The notes under the pieces: generated by a model
What the model was told of the DNA's origin: nothing
Databases searched by the model: none
The model's input: only the letters and a program-made list of their open reading frames with translations
Translations under genes and position numbers: made by a program
Origin: a virus
Lineage: Duplodnaviria > Caudoviricetes
Direction: 5' to 3' (one strand)
IMG/VR virus record: IMGVR_UViG_3300017560_000009
Coordinates: 16,421 to 80,420 of that record
DNA length: 64,000 nt
In this document: piece by piece, positions 10,316 to 18,501 of the stretch
Numbering within the stretch: the stretch's first letter is position 1
How the letters are laid out: each line of letters starts with the position of its first letter

Positions 10316-11758
10316 ATGCAAGGCTATACCCAAATACCGGAGTCACAGCGCGTATCGGACTCGTTGCCGATGCTGCTGAACAACGACCTGACGGCGATCT
10401 CGCGCAACAGCGGTACGGCGTTCCCCACGGCCGGTCTCCAAGTGGGCATGTCCTTCCTGCATCTGACCGAGCGCAAGCTGTACCGTTTGGACAGCGTGTC
10501 GCCCATTACCTGGGCGCTGGAACTCGACCTGACGCGCCAGCTCGTCTACAACGACACCGTGGCGTTGCTCCAGATCGACATCGCCTCGAAGATCCCGCTG
10601 GCTGGAGGGGTCATGACCGGGTTGCTCACGCTGTCCGGCAACCCCGTCAACCTGATGCACGCGGCCAACAAGCAGTACGTGGACACCGCGATGGCCACGG
10701 CTTCCGCGTCCGCCAATACGCGGGTGCTGCGCACGGGCGACACCATGACCGGCCCGCTGACGCTTCCCGGTGATCCATCCTTGGATCTTCATGCCGCGAC
10801 GAAGCGCTACGCTGACTACCTGTACAACTTGTCAAACCAGAACAAGCTGGGCAAGGTCGGCGATACGGTGAACGAGATCTACAACACCGGATGGTTCCGT
10901 TCGGTCGGCGCTGTGGGCTGGTACAACCAGACTTATGGAGGCGGCATCACGATGTCGGATGCCTCCTGGGTCCGTGTCTATGGCAGCAAGGGCTTCTTGA
11001 CCGACTGGCACCAGTTGATTGCTGGCGGTCAGATCTACACCTCGCGCTACGGCTACCTCGAAAACGCCTTCGCCGCCAAGGGCGCTGAAGATCGCGTCTA
11101 CGCAGCCGGCACCTACGACGAAGGCGCAGGCGTCTGGTATCGACCCGGCAGCTACTATCTCGTCCGCTCCGGCGCGTACATCTATCTCGTGCGGCCCAAG
11201 GCCAACTGCAACTGCGACTGCAACTGCTCCTGCTTCCCGGCCGGCACGATGGTGCTGATGGCCGATGGCACGCAGAAGCCTATCGAACAGGTGCAGGTCG
11301 GCGATATGGTCATGGCCTGGGACGGCTCGGCCGACGAAGTGGTCGAGATGGAAACCCCGATCCTGGGGGATCGTCGCCTGATGCGCTTGACCGATGGCTC
11401 GCTATCCTGGTCCGAAGAGCATCTGCTGTGGACCCGCCAGGAAGGCAAGGAATGGTGGGGATGCGCCAACCGCAACCAGTGGTACTCCGAAGTGCTGGTG
11501 GACCACATCAAGGGTCTGCCTGACAACGCCTCGCTGCGTGACATCGGCGATCAAGTCGAGCTGGCTCACGTCTCTGGCTGGGTCAACCGTGAAGTCACGG
11601 GCCAGCAGGAAGATCCCAACACCCAGCTCTACCTGCCGCGCACGAAGCGCACGCACATGATCATCGTCAACGGCTATCTGGCCGGCGCGGGCGTCGATGG
11701 TTTCTCGATGGACTACAACGAAGTGAACTGGACGGGGATTCCCAATGTTGCTGCATAA
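10316..11758 (+). CDS. Short tail fibre with Cys-rich (N/D)C repeat and C-terminal Hint domain
   Basis: Fibre repeats LTLSGNP..LMHAANKQYVD and LTLPGDP..DLHAATKRYAD. Shufflon/gp37-like GWFRSVGAVGWYNQTYGGGITMSD segment. ANCNCDCNCS at 11201-11230 followed by CFPAGTMVLMADG. Confidence 0.85.
   Translation: MQGYTQIPESQRVSDSLPMLLNNDLTAISRNSGTAFPTAGLQVGMSFLHLTERKLYRLDSVSPITWALELDLTRQLVYNDTVALLQIDIASKIPLAGGVMTGLLTLSGNPVNLMHAANKQYVDTAMATASASANTRVLRTGDTMTGPLTLPGDPSLDLHAATKRYADYLYNLSNQNKLGKVGDTVNEIYNTGWFRSVGAVGWYNQTYGGGITMSDASWVRVYGSKGFLTDWHQLIAGGQIYTSRYGYLENAFAAKGAEDRVYAAGTYDEGAGVWYRPGSYYLVRSGAYIYLVRPKANCNCDCNCSCFPAGTMVLMADGTQKPIEQVQVGDMVMAWDGSADEVVEMETPILGDRRLMRLTDGSLSWSEEHLLWTRQEGKEWWGCANRNQWYSEVLVDHIKGLPDNASLRDIGDQVELAHVSGWVNREVTGQQEDPNTQLYLPRTKRTHMIIVNGYLAGAGVDGFSMDYNEVNWTGIPNVAA
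11231..11758 (+). other. Hint (Hedgehog/intein-like) autoprocessing domain within the tail fibre gene
   Basis: Block A CFPAGTMVLMADGTQKPIEQVQVGDMV, block B WSEEHLLW, block F-like LYLPRTKRTHMIIVNGYL. No terminal His-Asn. Confidence 0.85.
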
Positions 11759-12467
11759 ATCTTTCGTGGATCCCGCCCTCGTGTTCCAGGAGAACGAGGA
11801 AGAAGCCAAGAAGTGGTCCTTGACGATTCGTGTCCAGGCCACTCCGACTGGCTTCATCATGTCATCATCGGAATACTCGCTCTACTGGCAATTTGACTAC
11901 ACGAAGCTGGCGCACGGTGATGACATGATGTACATCGTGCAAGACCGTGGCCAGCAAGTGAAGTACATCTGGAAGTCCGAGTTCGCCAACTCCAAGGACG
12001 GGCTGGCTGCTGCGCTCCAGCGCAACAACATCGACTCCTTCTCACCGCTGGCCGTGATCGCTATCGGCCGCAGTACCAGCGACTGGGCGGCGCTCTTCAT
12101 GACGAACACGACCCAGACCCTGGGCGAGTTCGTGAAGCTGGACTCCAAGTACGAGCGCATGCGCAGCGACCATATCTTGATGGACATGGCCCCGTCGATG
12201 GCTCCCATGATCCAGGCCTATGACGACAAGATGGCGCTGCTGCGCAAGATCCGCACCAACGATTCCATCGCGGCGCTGGAGTCCCAGGTGGATCTGCTGA
12301 CGACCTGGGTGGCCGCGCTGATCCCGGAGGAATTCCGAGACCAGTTGCTGGAGGTCATAGCTTCAAGGAATAAAGATACCAAAGTGGTTTTTGATGATAT
12401 GCTTGCGTTCAAACAGCGCCTGCGTACTGCGGTGGGCGATTACCAACGCACCAAGAACCCGTCATGA
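11745..12467 (+). CDS. Hypothetical protein between the Cys-rich fibre and the radical SAM gene
   Basis: 240-aa ORF overlapping both neighbours (14-nt overlap and ATGA overlap). Confidence 0.75.
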   Translation: MLLHKSFVDPALVFQENEEEAKKWSLTIRVQATPTGFIMSSSEYSLYWQFDYTKLAHGDDMMYIVQDRGQQVKYIWKSEFANSKDGLAAALQRNNIDSFSPLAVIAIGRSTSDWAALFMTNTTQTLGEFVKLDSKYERMRSDHILMDMAPSMAPMIQAYDDKMALLRKIRTNDSIAALESQVDLLTTWVAALIPEEFRDQLLEVIASRNKDTKVVFDDMLAFKQRLRTAVGDYQRTKNPS

Positions 12468-13822
12468 CCACCTTTGTTCTCAAGACGGTCGATGCCAACG
12501 GCGTCGGCCGTGATTTTTTGTACAACAACATGGCGAGCGTGCTGCGCGATTACGCGACCAGCAACAAGCTCCTGCCGGGTGTGACGCAAGAGAAGGTCAC
12601 GCCCACTAAGCCCGTCATGCTGACCTGGGGTAAGAGCCGCGAGGTCCGCGTGCTGAAGATCCAGCTGGGCTTGTCCTGCAACTACTCCTGCGAATACTGC
12701 CTCCAGCGCTTCGTGCCTTTCGAGCAAGACACGAGCGCCCAGGACGTGGAAGCCTTCTTGGCTAGTCTGGAAGCCAACGTGGTGTTGGCCCCCGATGCCA
12801 AGATCCAGTTCTGGGGCGGCGAACCCCTGGTCTACTGGAAGACCATGTTCCCCCTGGCGCGTGCGCTGCGCGCCCGCTACCCCGAGGTCGAATTCTCGGT
12901 CATCACCAATGGTTCGCTCATGGACCCGGAGAAGGCGCTGTTCCTGTTGGAGCTGGGCTTCACGGTCTCCATCTCGCACGATGGCCCTGGCCAAGCTGTG
13001 CGTGGTGAAGACCCCTTCGACAACCCGAAGACCAAGCAGGCGATCTTGATGCTCTACAACCGCCTGCGTCCCCTCGACCGGATCTCGTTCAACGCGATGA
13101 TCCACAAGAACAACCAGAGCCGCGCAGCGGTGCAGAAGTTCTTCCAGGAGCTGACCGGCGACGAGGACGTGCCGATAGGGGAGGGCAGCTTCATCGACGC
13201 CTACGATGAAGGCGGCATGATGCACACCGCCATGACCGATCAAGAGCACATCGACTACCGCAGACTGGCCTACGATGAGATCTCCAACGGCCAAGCGTTG
13301 AACTTCGGCACGATCACGCACAAGATCCGCGACTTCTTCGAGACACTGGATACGGGCCGAAGCGCCTACCACGTCTGGCAGAAGTGCGGCATGGACAAGG
13401 ACGACCGCATCGCCGTCACGCTCAAGGGCGATGTGCTGACCTGCCAGAACGTCTCGACCACTTCGACCGCAGCCAATGGTGCGCCCCACCATGCTGGCAA
13501 CATCGAGAAGATGGAAGAAGTGAAGATCGAGACCAGCACGCACTGGCTCTCGCGGCCCAACTGCCGGTCTTGTCCGGTTTTGCAGTTGTGCCGTGGCTCG
13601 TGCATGTACCTGCAAGGCCCGCTGTGGGAGGCCAGCTGTGCAGCCGCCTACAGCGACAACGTGGTCCTACTGGCGGTGGCTATCAAGGAGCTGACTGGCC
13701 ACCAGCTGGTGTCTATCGAACCCCTGGAAGACTCGCTGCCTGAAGTGCGGCGCAACGTCTTCGCAGACCCAACTACCAAGAACCCGGCTCGGAAAGTCAT
13801 TCCGATCACCCTGGAGAAGTAA
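12464..13822 (+). CDS. Radical SAM enzyme with C-terminal SPASM domain
   Basis: CNYSCEYC (CxxxCxxC), FWGGEPL, ITNG, ISHDG. SPASM cysteines KCGM...LTCQ...CRSCPVLQLCRGSC...SC. Confidence 0.93.
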   Translation: MTTFVLKTVDANGVGRDFLYNNMASVLRDYATSNKLLPGVTQEKVTPTKPVMLTWGKSREVRVLKIQLGLSCNYSCEYCLQRFVPFEQDTSAQDVEAFLASLEANVVLAPDAKIQFWGGEPLVYWKTMFPLARALRARYPEVEFSVITNGSLMDPEKALFLLELGFTVSISHDGPGQAVRGEDPFDNPKTKQAILMLYNRLRPLDRISFNAMIHKNNQSRAAVQKFFQELTGDEDVPIGEGSFIDAYDEGGMMHTAMTDQEHIDYRRLAYDEISNGQALNFGTITHKIRDFFETLDTGRSAYHVWQKCGMDKDDRIAVTLKGDVLTCQNVSTTSTAANGAPHHAGNIEKMEEVKIETSTHWLSRPNCRSCPVLQLCRGSCMYLQGPLWEASCAAAYSDNVVLLAVAIKELTGHQLVSIEPLEDSLPEVRRNVFADPTTKNPARKVIPITLEK

Positions 13823-13824
13823 AA

Positions 13825-14238
13825 ATGGAAAACCCTCAAGCAGCCCAACCCGAAGGCCTCTCGCCGGAAGTCGCCAACGTCTTGATCAAGACGCTTCAGG
13901 ACCAGCGCAACACCGCCCATGATGAGCTGGCCAAGGCGCTCACGAACGTCACGCTGCTGACCCAGCAGGGCCAGCAGTTCCTGGAACAGCACACGATGTT
14001 GAACAAGGCTTACGACGAGCTGATCAAGAACTTCTCGGCCGTCGAAGAAGAGGCCGTCGCGCTGCGCGCCGCGAATGCCGCCTTGACCGCCAAGCTGGAG
14101 CAAGCCCAGGCTCCGCAACCCGGCGTGGTCAGCACGCTCATGACGGCCGACAATCCCCCGGCCGTGATGCCTCCCAGTCACCAAGACCCTCTTGCGCCGA
14201 CTGGCGGGCCGGTGACGGCGAGGGGGTCGGAAAGTTGA
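13825..14238 (+). CDS. Hypothetical coiled-coil protein
   Basis: Heptad-rich 137 aa, starts 2 nt after the radical SAM stop. Confidence 0.7.
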   Translation: MENPQAAQPEGLSPEVANVLIKTLQDQRNTAHDELAKALTNVTLLTQQGQQFLEQHTMLNKAYDELIKNFSAVEEEAVALRAANAALTAKLEQAQAPQPGVVSTLMTADNPPAVMPPSHQDPLAPTGGPVTARGSES

Positions 14239-14362
14239 CGGCCCGGAGGTCGTGCTGGAAGAGGCGGTGAGCCGATTCTGGAAGCGAGTGAAAGGGTGGG
14301 CTAGGGTAGCGTGGGAAAAGCGCACCATGGCCTGGAAATCGAAGCCCTGAACCTCTATGCAC

Positions 14363-14385
14363 AAGCGCCCGCAAGGGCGCTTTTT
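14363..14385 (+). terminator. Rho-independent terminator
   Basis: AAGCGCCC-GCAA-GGGCGCTT followed by TTT. Confidence 0.85.
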
Positions 14386-14456
14386 CATGCCAGAAAACCT
14401 TTGGGAAGGCTAGTCCTTCCCGGTTAGAATCATCCAACCTTCACTGGAGCATAAAA

Positions 14457-14987
14457 GTGATCATCACCCCCCAACAACTCAAGCGGATCATGCCCAACGC
14501 ATCCATCGCCAACACGGAGATCTATGCTCCCTTGTTGACGAAGCACATGATCAAGTGGCACATCGACACGTTCGAGCAAGCCACGGCTTTCATTGCCAAC
14601 GTTGGTCATGAAAGCGGCGAGTTGAAGTACACGGAAGAGATCGCTAGTGGAGCGGCTTACGAAGGCCGCAAGGATCTGGGGAACACTGAACCCGGTGATG
14701 GGAAGCGCTACAAAGGAAGAGGGCTGATTCAACTGACGGGCCGCACGAACTACCTGCTCATGGGCCTGATGCTGGATCAAGATTTCATCAACAACCCAAC
14801 CTTGCTCATGCAACCTGAGTTCGCGTCGGAGAGTGCTGCGGCCTTTTGGTGGAACAACTATTTGGACAAGGTGGCAACTTCAGCGTCCAAGTTCATCACC
14901 GTGGTCAAACGCATCAACGGCGGCACCAACGGCATAGACCACCGCGAACAGCTGTACAAGAATGCGCGTAAGGTTCTCGCGGAGTAA
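14457..14987 (+). CDS. Endolysin, glycoside hydrolase family 19
   Basis: FIANVGHESG, YEGRKDLGNTEPGDGKRYKGRGLIQLTGRTNY, RINGGTNGIDHR. GTG start with GGAG RBS. Confidence 0.93.
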   Translation: MIITPQQLKRIMPNASIANTEIYAPLLTKHMIKWHIDTFEQATAFIANVGHESGELKYTEEIASGAAYEGRKDLGNTEPGDGKRYKGRGLIQLTGRTNYLLMGLMLDQDFINNPTLLMQPEFASESAAAFWWNNYLDKVATSASKFITVVKRINGGTNGIDHREQLYKNARKVLAE

Positions 14988-14990
14988 GCA

Positions 14991-15401
14991 ATGAACCATA
15001 ACGACTTCATCGGCCGGCTAATGTTCACGTCTTGGGCAGTTGTCGTGGTCATCCTGGCTGTCACTCCGTCTGACTCCATCCCGGAACTGAGTACGATGTA
15101 CGGAGGGAAGTTCCTCACGACACTCCTGGCGCTCGCATGCCTGTTCCTGGTGTCTGACCTAGTGATTAACGACTTCATGCCCGCTCGTTTCGTGTTTCGC
15201 AGCGCTACCAAGTGGCGCACCTGGGCTTATATCCTCTCGTCGTTCGTCTTTACCGCCCACCTGTTCGTGGTGATGCGTTCCATTGGTTTCATCGAAGGTG
15301 GAACCATCGCGCTTTACACGACCATGGTGGTCTTTGGCTTGCTGCTCTCGTTTCGCAACATCTTCTGCCTTCGAGGGAAAAAGCGTGCAACCCATCATTA
15401 A
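14991..15401 (+). CDS. Membrane protein of the lysis cassette (holin/antiholin candidate)
   Basis: About four hydrophobic segments and a basic C-terminus; lies between endolysin and spanins. Confidence 0.65.
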   Translation: MNHNDFIGRLMFTSWAVVVVILAVTPSDSIPELSTMYGGKFLTTLLALACLFLVSDLVINDFMPARFVFRSATKWRTWAYILSSFVFTAHLFVVMRSIGFIEGGTIALYTTMVVFGLLLSFRNIFCLRGKKRATHH

Positions 15402-15795
15402 ATATTTGGCCGCTATGACGGCCATGCTGTGGGGCGTGACCTTCACCGCTGCGGTACGCGCTGAAGGTATCGGATATCGCATTGGCGCAGACCTTGCGAG
15501 CATCCCGTTTTCTGCATACGTGATCGTCACGATGCTCAGTGGTATCGGAGGTTTCGTTTCGACACTCATCCGGCTTTCCAACGAGCCTGATGAGAAGCTG
15601 GCACGTTGGAAGCTGCTTGTCCTACGCGATATGGCAGCGTCGTTGCTGGCTGGCGTGGTGGTGTTCTTCTGGAGCGAAGCTTCGCAGTGGTCTACCGCGA
15701 ATGCTGCCATCATGATCACGCTGGCTGGGTTTGGCGGCACCAAGGTGCTAGACATCTTGGTCGATAAGTTCATCGCCAAAAGGGAGCCGCAATGA
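15385..15795 (+). CDS. Holin candidate
   Basis: Multiple TM segments; SGIGGFVS...LAGFGGTKVLDIL pattern; GTG start overlapping the previous gene. Confidence 0.65.
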   Translation: MQPIIKYLAAMTAMLWGVTFTAAVRAEGIGYRIGADLASIPFSAYVIVTMLSGIGGFVSTLIRLSNEPDEKLARWKLLVLRDMAASLLAGVVVFFWSEASQWSTANAAIMITLAGFGGTKVLDILVDKFIAKREPQ

Positions 15796-16358
15796 AGATG
15801 ATCTCGCTACAGACCACCATCATTGCGGCCGCAATAGCACTCGCTACCGGGGGCATTGCTGGGTCTCTGACGGCCTGGAGTCTTACCAAGAACCACTACG
15901 TCGCAAAGATCGAGAAACAACAACGTGAAGCGAGTGAGCAAGCCCGCGTTGCCGAACAACAGTTCAACACCAAGGTTGCCAACCTCAATTCTGATAGCGC
16001 CAAGAGGTTGGATCAAGTTTCAACAGCTTTTCAAGAGAAACTGAATGCTGCGGAGAAGAAATATGAGGATGTTGCTGCCCTTATTGCTGATGGCACTTAC
16101 AGCTTGCGCGACCCCGGCACCAGTAGCTCCTGTGAAGTACCCAAGGATCGAAGTGTCGCCGCCGCCAGCAGCGGTAATGGTCAAGCGGGAGGCCAACTTT
16201 CGGCAAAGGCTACTCGATTTCTTTGGGGGGAAGCCGAACGTGCCGACCTCATCACCGAGCAACTAGCCGCGACCCAAGAGGTAGCCGCTGCCTACTGGCA
16301 ACTGATCAACAAGTACGGGTTGGAGATTGAAGCTTTGACCCTCACCATGCAAAGGTAG
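15792..16358 (+). CDS. i-spanin (Rz-like)
   Basis: N-terminal TM, coiled-coil periplasmic part, and an embedded lipoprotein gene in another frame. Confidence 0.85.
   Translation: MKMISLQTTIIAAAIALATGGIAGSLTAWSLTKNHYVAKIEKQQREASEQARVAEQQFNTKVANLNSDSAKRLDQVSTAFQEKLNAAEKKYEDVAALIADGTYSLRDPGTSSSCEVPKDRSVAAASSGNGQAGGQLSAKATRFLWGEAERADLITEQLAATQEVAAAYWQLINKYGLEIEALTLTMQR
16063..16266 (+). CDS. o-spanin (Rz1-like) lipoprotein embedded in Rz
   Basis: MRMLLPLLLMALTAC lipobox, Pro-rich mature part, entirely inside Rz in the +1 frame. Confidence 0.88.
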   Translation: MRMLLPLLLMALTACATPAPVAPVKYPRIEVSPPPAAVMVKREANFRQRLLDFFGGKPNVPTSSPSN

Positions 16359-16362
16359 TCGC

Positions 16363-16980
16363 ATGACCCAACAACTAATGCCGACCAACGTGGCGGGCCA
16401 GCAAGTCATCTTGGTCGTGTCCCCTGTTGTGGCCAACGGAGATTCCATCGTGCCTCTCAGAATGCTTTACGGGAGCGGCGCTCCTGGCAACAACGTCGGT
16501 GACGACAAAGAGTTCTATCTGAACATCGACAACTACCGCCTGTATGGTCCGAAGATCGGTGGGCTGTGGGGCGATGGCTATCTGCTGAAGGGCGACAAGG
16601 GCGATGCCGGCCAGAACGGCAAGATCAACATGGAGACCATCGCCACGCTGGTCGGTGGCACGGGGTCTCCCTTCACCTTCAACCTGGATCTGTCGCAAGA
16701 AGCGTCGATGTTCACTCTGGTGCTCCAGGCTGATGAAAACGCCATCATGCTGCAAAACACGAGCGCGCCCGAAGGCATGGCTCGTACCTTCACGATGATC
16801 CTGCAACAAGGCACCGGAAGCAGCCGCGTGACGACCTGGGATCCGCGCATCCGCTGGCCGGATAACGTGAAGCCCACGCTGTCGTTCCAAAGCGGCATGC
16901 GTGACATCTTCCACTTCGTGTCGCTGGACCGTGGTGACTCGTTCATCCCGTTCTACCTCGGCGGCAACTTCCCGGTGTAA
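16363..16980 (+). CDS. Putative virion structural protein
   Basis: YGSGAP...FYLNID..RLYGPK..G.WGDG..LKGDKGDAG motif of the type seen in fibre/collar proteins. Confidence 0.6.
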   Translation: MTQQLMPTNVAGQQVILVVSPVVANGDSIVPLRMLYGSGAPGNNVGDDKEFYLNIDNYRLYGPKIGGLWGDGYLLKGDKGDAGQNGKINMETIATLVGGTGSPFTFNLDLSQEASMFTLVLQADENAIMLQNTSAPEGMARTFTMILQQGTGSSRVTTWDPRIRWPDNVKPTLSFQSGMRDIFHFVSLDRGDSFIPFYLGGNFPV

Positions 16981-16983
16981 GTC

Positions 16984-18498
16984 ATGCGCAACATTGTCGC
17001 CAGTGCTTTCTCCCGCAACTCTCCCTTCGCGCAAAACGCGAAGATGATGGGCGTCGGCTTCGTGGAGTTCCTGAAGCTGAAGACGGGCTTCGCCGACGCC
17101 ACGCATCCATGGACGAACTACGTGGTCAACGACGTGGGCGTCATCGCCAACACGCTGACTGGCACGGACATGGGCAACGGCTGGACCGACCACACTGCGG
17201 TCTCGCTGGATCAGATGGAGCTGATGCAGGGTGCGTTCGCCATGTGGAAGGCCACGGGCGAGCCGCGCTATTACACCCTCTTCATGCAGACCTTGACCGC
17301 GTATCGCACGTACTTCTACGCTGGCCAGCCTGTGCCTCCGTTCGCGCAGATCTGGCGCGCCAACTACATCGTCAATGCCCGCGAGCCGTTCACCTTGAAT
17401 GGTCAGACGGTGGCGCGCAACCAGCCCTACGATCCTCTGCCTCCGGGTGGTGGGACGGTCGTGACCGATCCTGCGCTCATGGGCAACTACACGTTTGCGG
17501 ATCTGTCGCTGGCAGAACTGCTGTCCCAGGCCTTCTCGTTCACAGCGGAGCGCGACTTCCAGGCGATGTTCAACTCGGTCGTCTACACCGCGTTCGACTT
17601 CCTGGCCAACATGGAACAAGGTAACGCGGGGGTGAGCCTTCCCTACGTGCCTGGGGCCGCGCCTGGAACCATCGGCATGACGCCACGATTGTTCCGCAAG
17701 GACTCGTGGAGCGGCATGTGCTTTCTGGCCATGCAGTATCCTTCAGCCATGGCGACGGCCGGTCGTGCAGACGAGATGATCAACGTCATCAACCTGTACA
17801 CGGACTCGCAGGATGCGTACCTCTCGGCCAAGGCCATTGATGGTCCGTTCTACACGACGTACCTGTGGGACCGTCCTGGAAACCCTGATCCTGGCGGCTT
17901 CCCGTGGGCGAACTCCGGGCTGAACAACGACAACGCCCGAGCCTTCCTGAACATGGCCCGCCTGATGCTCACGCTGCATGAGCGCAATGGCACGCCGATC
18001 CCGGAACCCGAGCGCATCTGCACGCGGCACGCTGAATGGCTCTATGCCTACGTGCAAGCCAACAACGAGCTGCCCACGTTCAATGATCCGATGGATCCGA
18101 TCAACGCGACCGCGCCGGGAATCTACGGCCCGACCGCCGCGCTGTATCTGACCGGCCTCGTGTTCATGGCGCGTGCTGGCTACGACACGCCCGAGATGCA
18201 GACGCTTCGCACGTTCTGCTTCAACAAGCTGTCGTCGTTCTACGCCATCACGCGCTCGCCCGTCGATATGTCCGGGGCGTTCACGCCGGACGCTGCGAAT
18301 CGGAACTTCACGTCAGCGCACGGTGGCATGGCGCTGCGTGCTCTGGGAGAATTCATCTCCTGGGAAACTCGCAACGACCCTGCTGTGGTTCGACCTGTTG
18401 GTCTGGCGCGTGTGATGCTGGAAAACGAATCGGGGTTCGTGCGCGTGGAAACCGCCGATGGTGTTGTGTTGAAAGAAGAATCTCAAGCCGAGGAATAA
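16984..18498 (+). CDS. Hypothetical virion-associated protein, possible alpha/alpha-toroid glycosidase-like fold
   Basis: 504 aa with aromatic-rich helical repeats (AMWKATGEPRYYTLF; FYAGQPVP). Acidic C-terminal LENESG motif precedes the fibre gene. Fold call is tentative. Confidence 0.55.
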   Translation: MRNIVASAFSRNSPFAQNAKMMGVGFVEFLKLKTGFADATHPWTNYVVNDVGVIANTLTGTDMGNGWTDHTAVSLDQMELMQGAFAMWKATGEPRYYTLFMQTLTAYRTYFYAGQPVPPFAQIWRANYIVNAREPFTLNGQTVARNQPYDPLPPGGGTVVTDPALMGNYTFADLSLAELLSQAFSFTAERDFQAMFNSVVYTAFDFLANMEQGNAGVSLPYVPGAAPGTIGMTPRLFRKDSWSGMCFLAMQYPSAMATAGRADEMINVINLYTDSQDAYLSAKAIDGPFYTTYLWDRPGNPDPGGFPWANSGLNNDNARAFLNMARLMLTLHERNGTPIPEPERICTRHAEWLYAYVQANNELPTFNDPMDPINATAPGIYGPTAALYLTGLVFMARAGYDTPEMQTLRTFCFNKLSSFYAITRSPVDMSGAFTPDAANRNFTSAHGGMALRALGEFISWETRNDPAVVRPVGLARVMLENESGFVRVETADGVVLKEESQAEE

Positions 18499-18501
18499 GA
18501 G

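Noticed and set aside
11231-11758. Canonical splicing intein or homing element
   Set aside because: No C-terminal His-Asn plus nucleophile, no LAGLIDADG/HNH insert and no meaningful C-extein.
14225-14240. lambda G/T-type -1 slippery site (CGGAAAG) at the end of the 13825 gene
   Set aside because: It is out of register with the reading frame, and the -1 frame closes after 12 codons. Only the -2/+1 option is kept as a finding.
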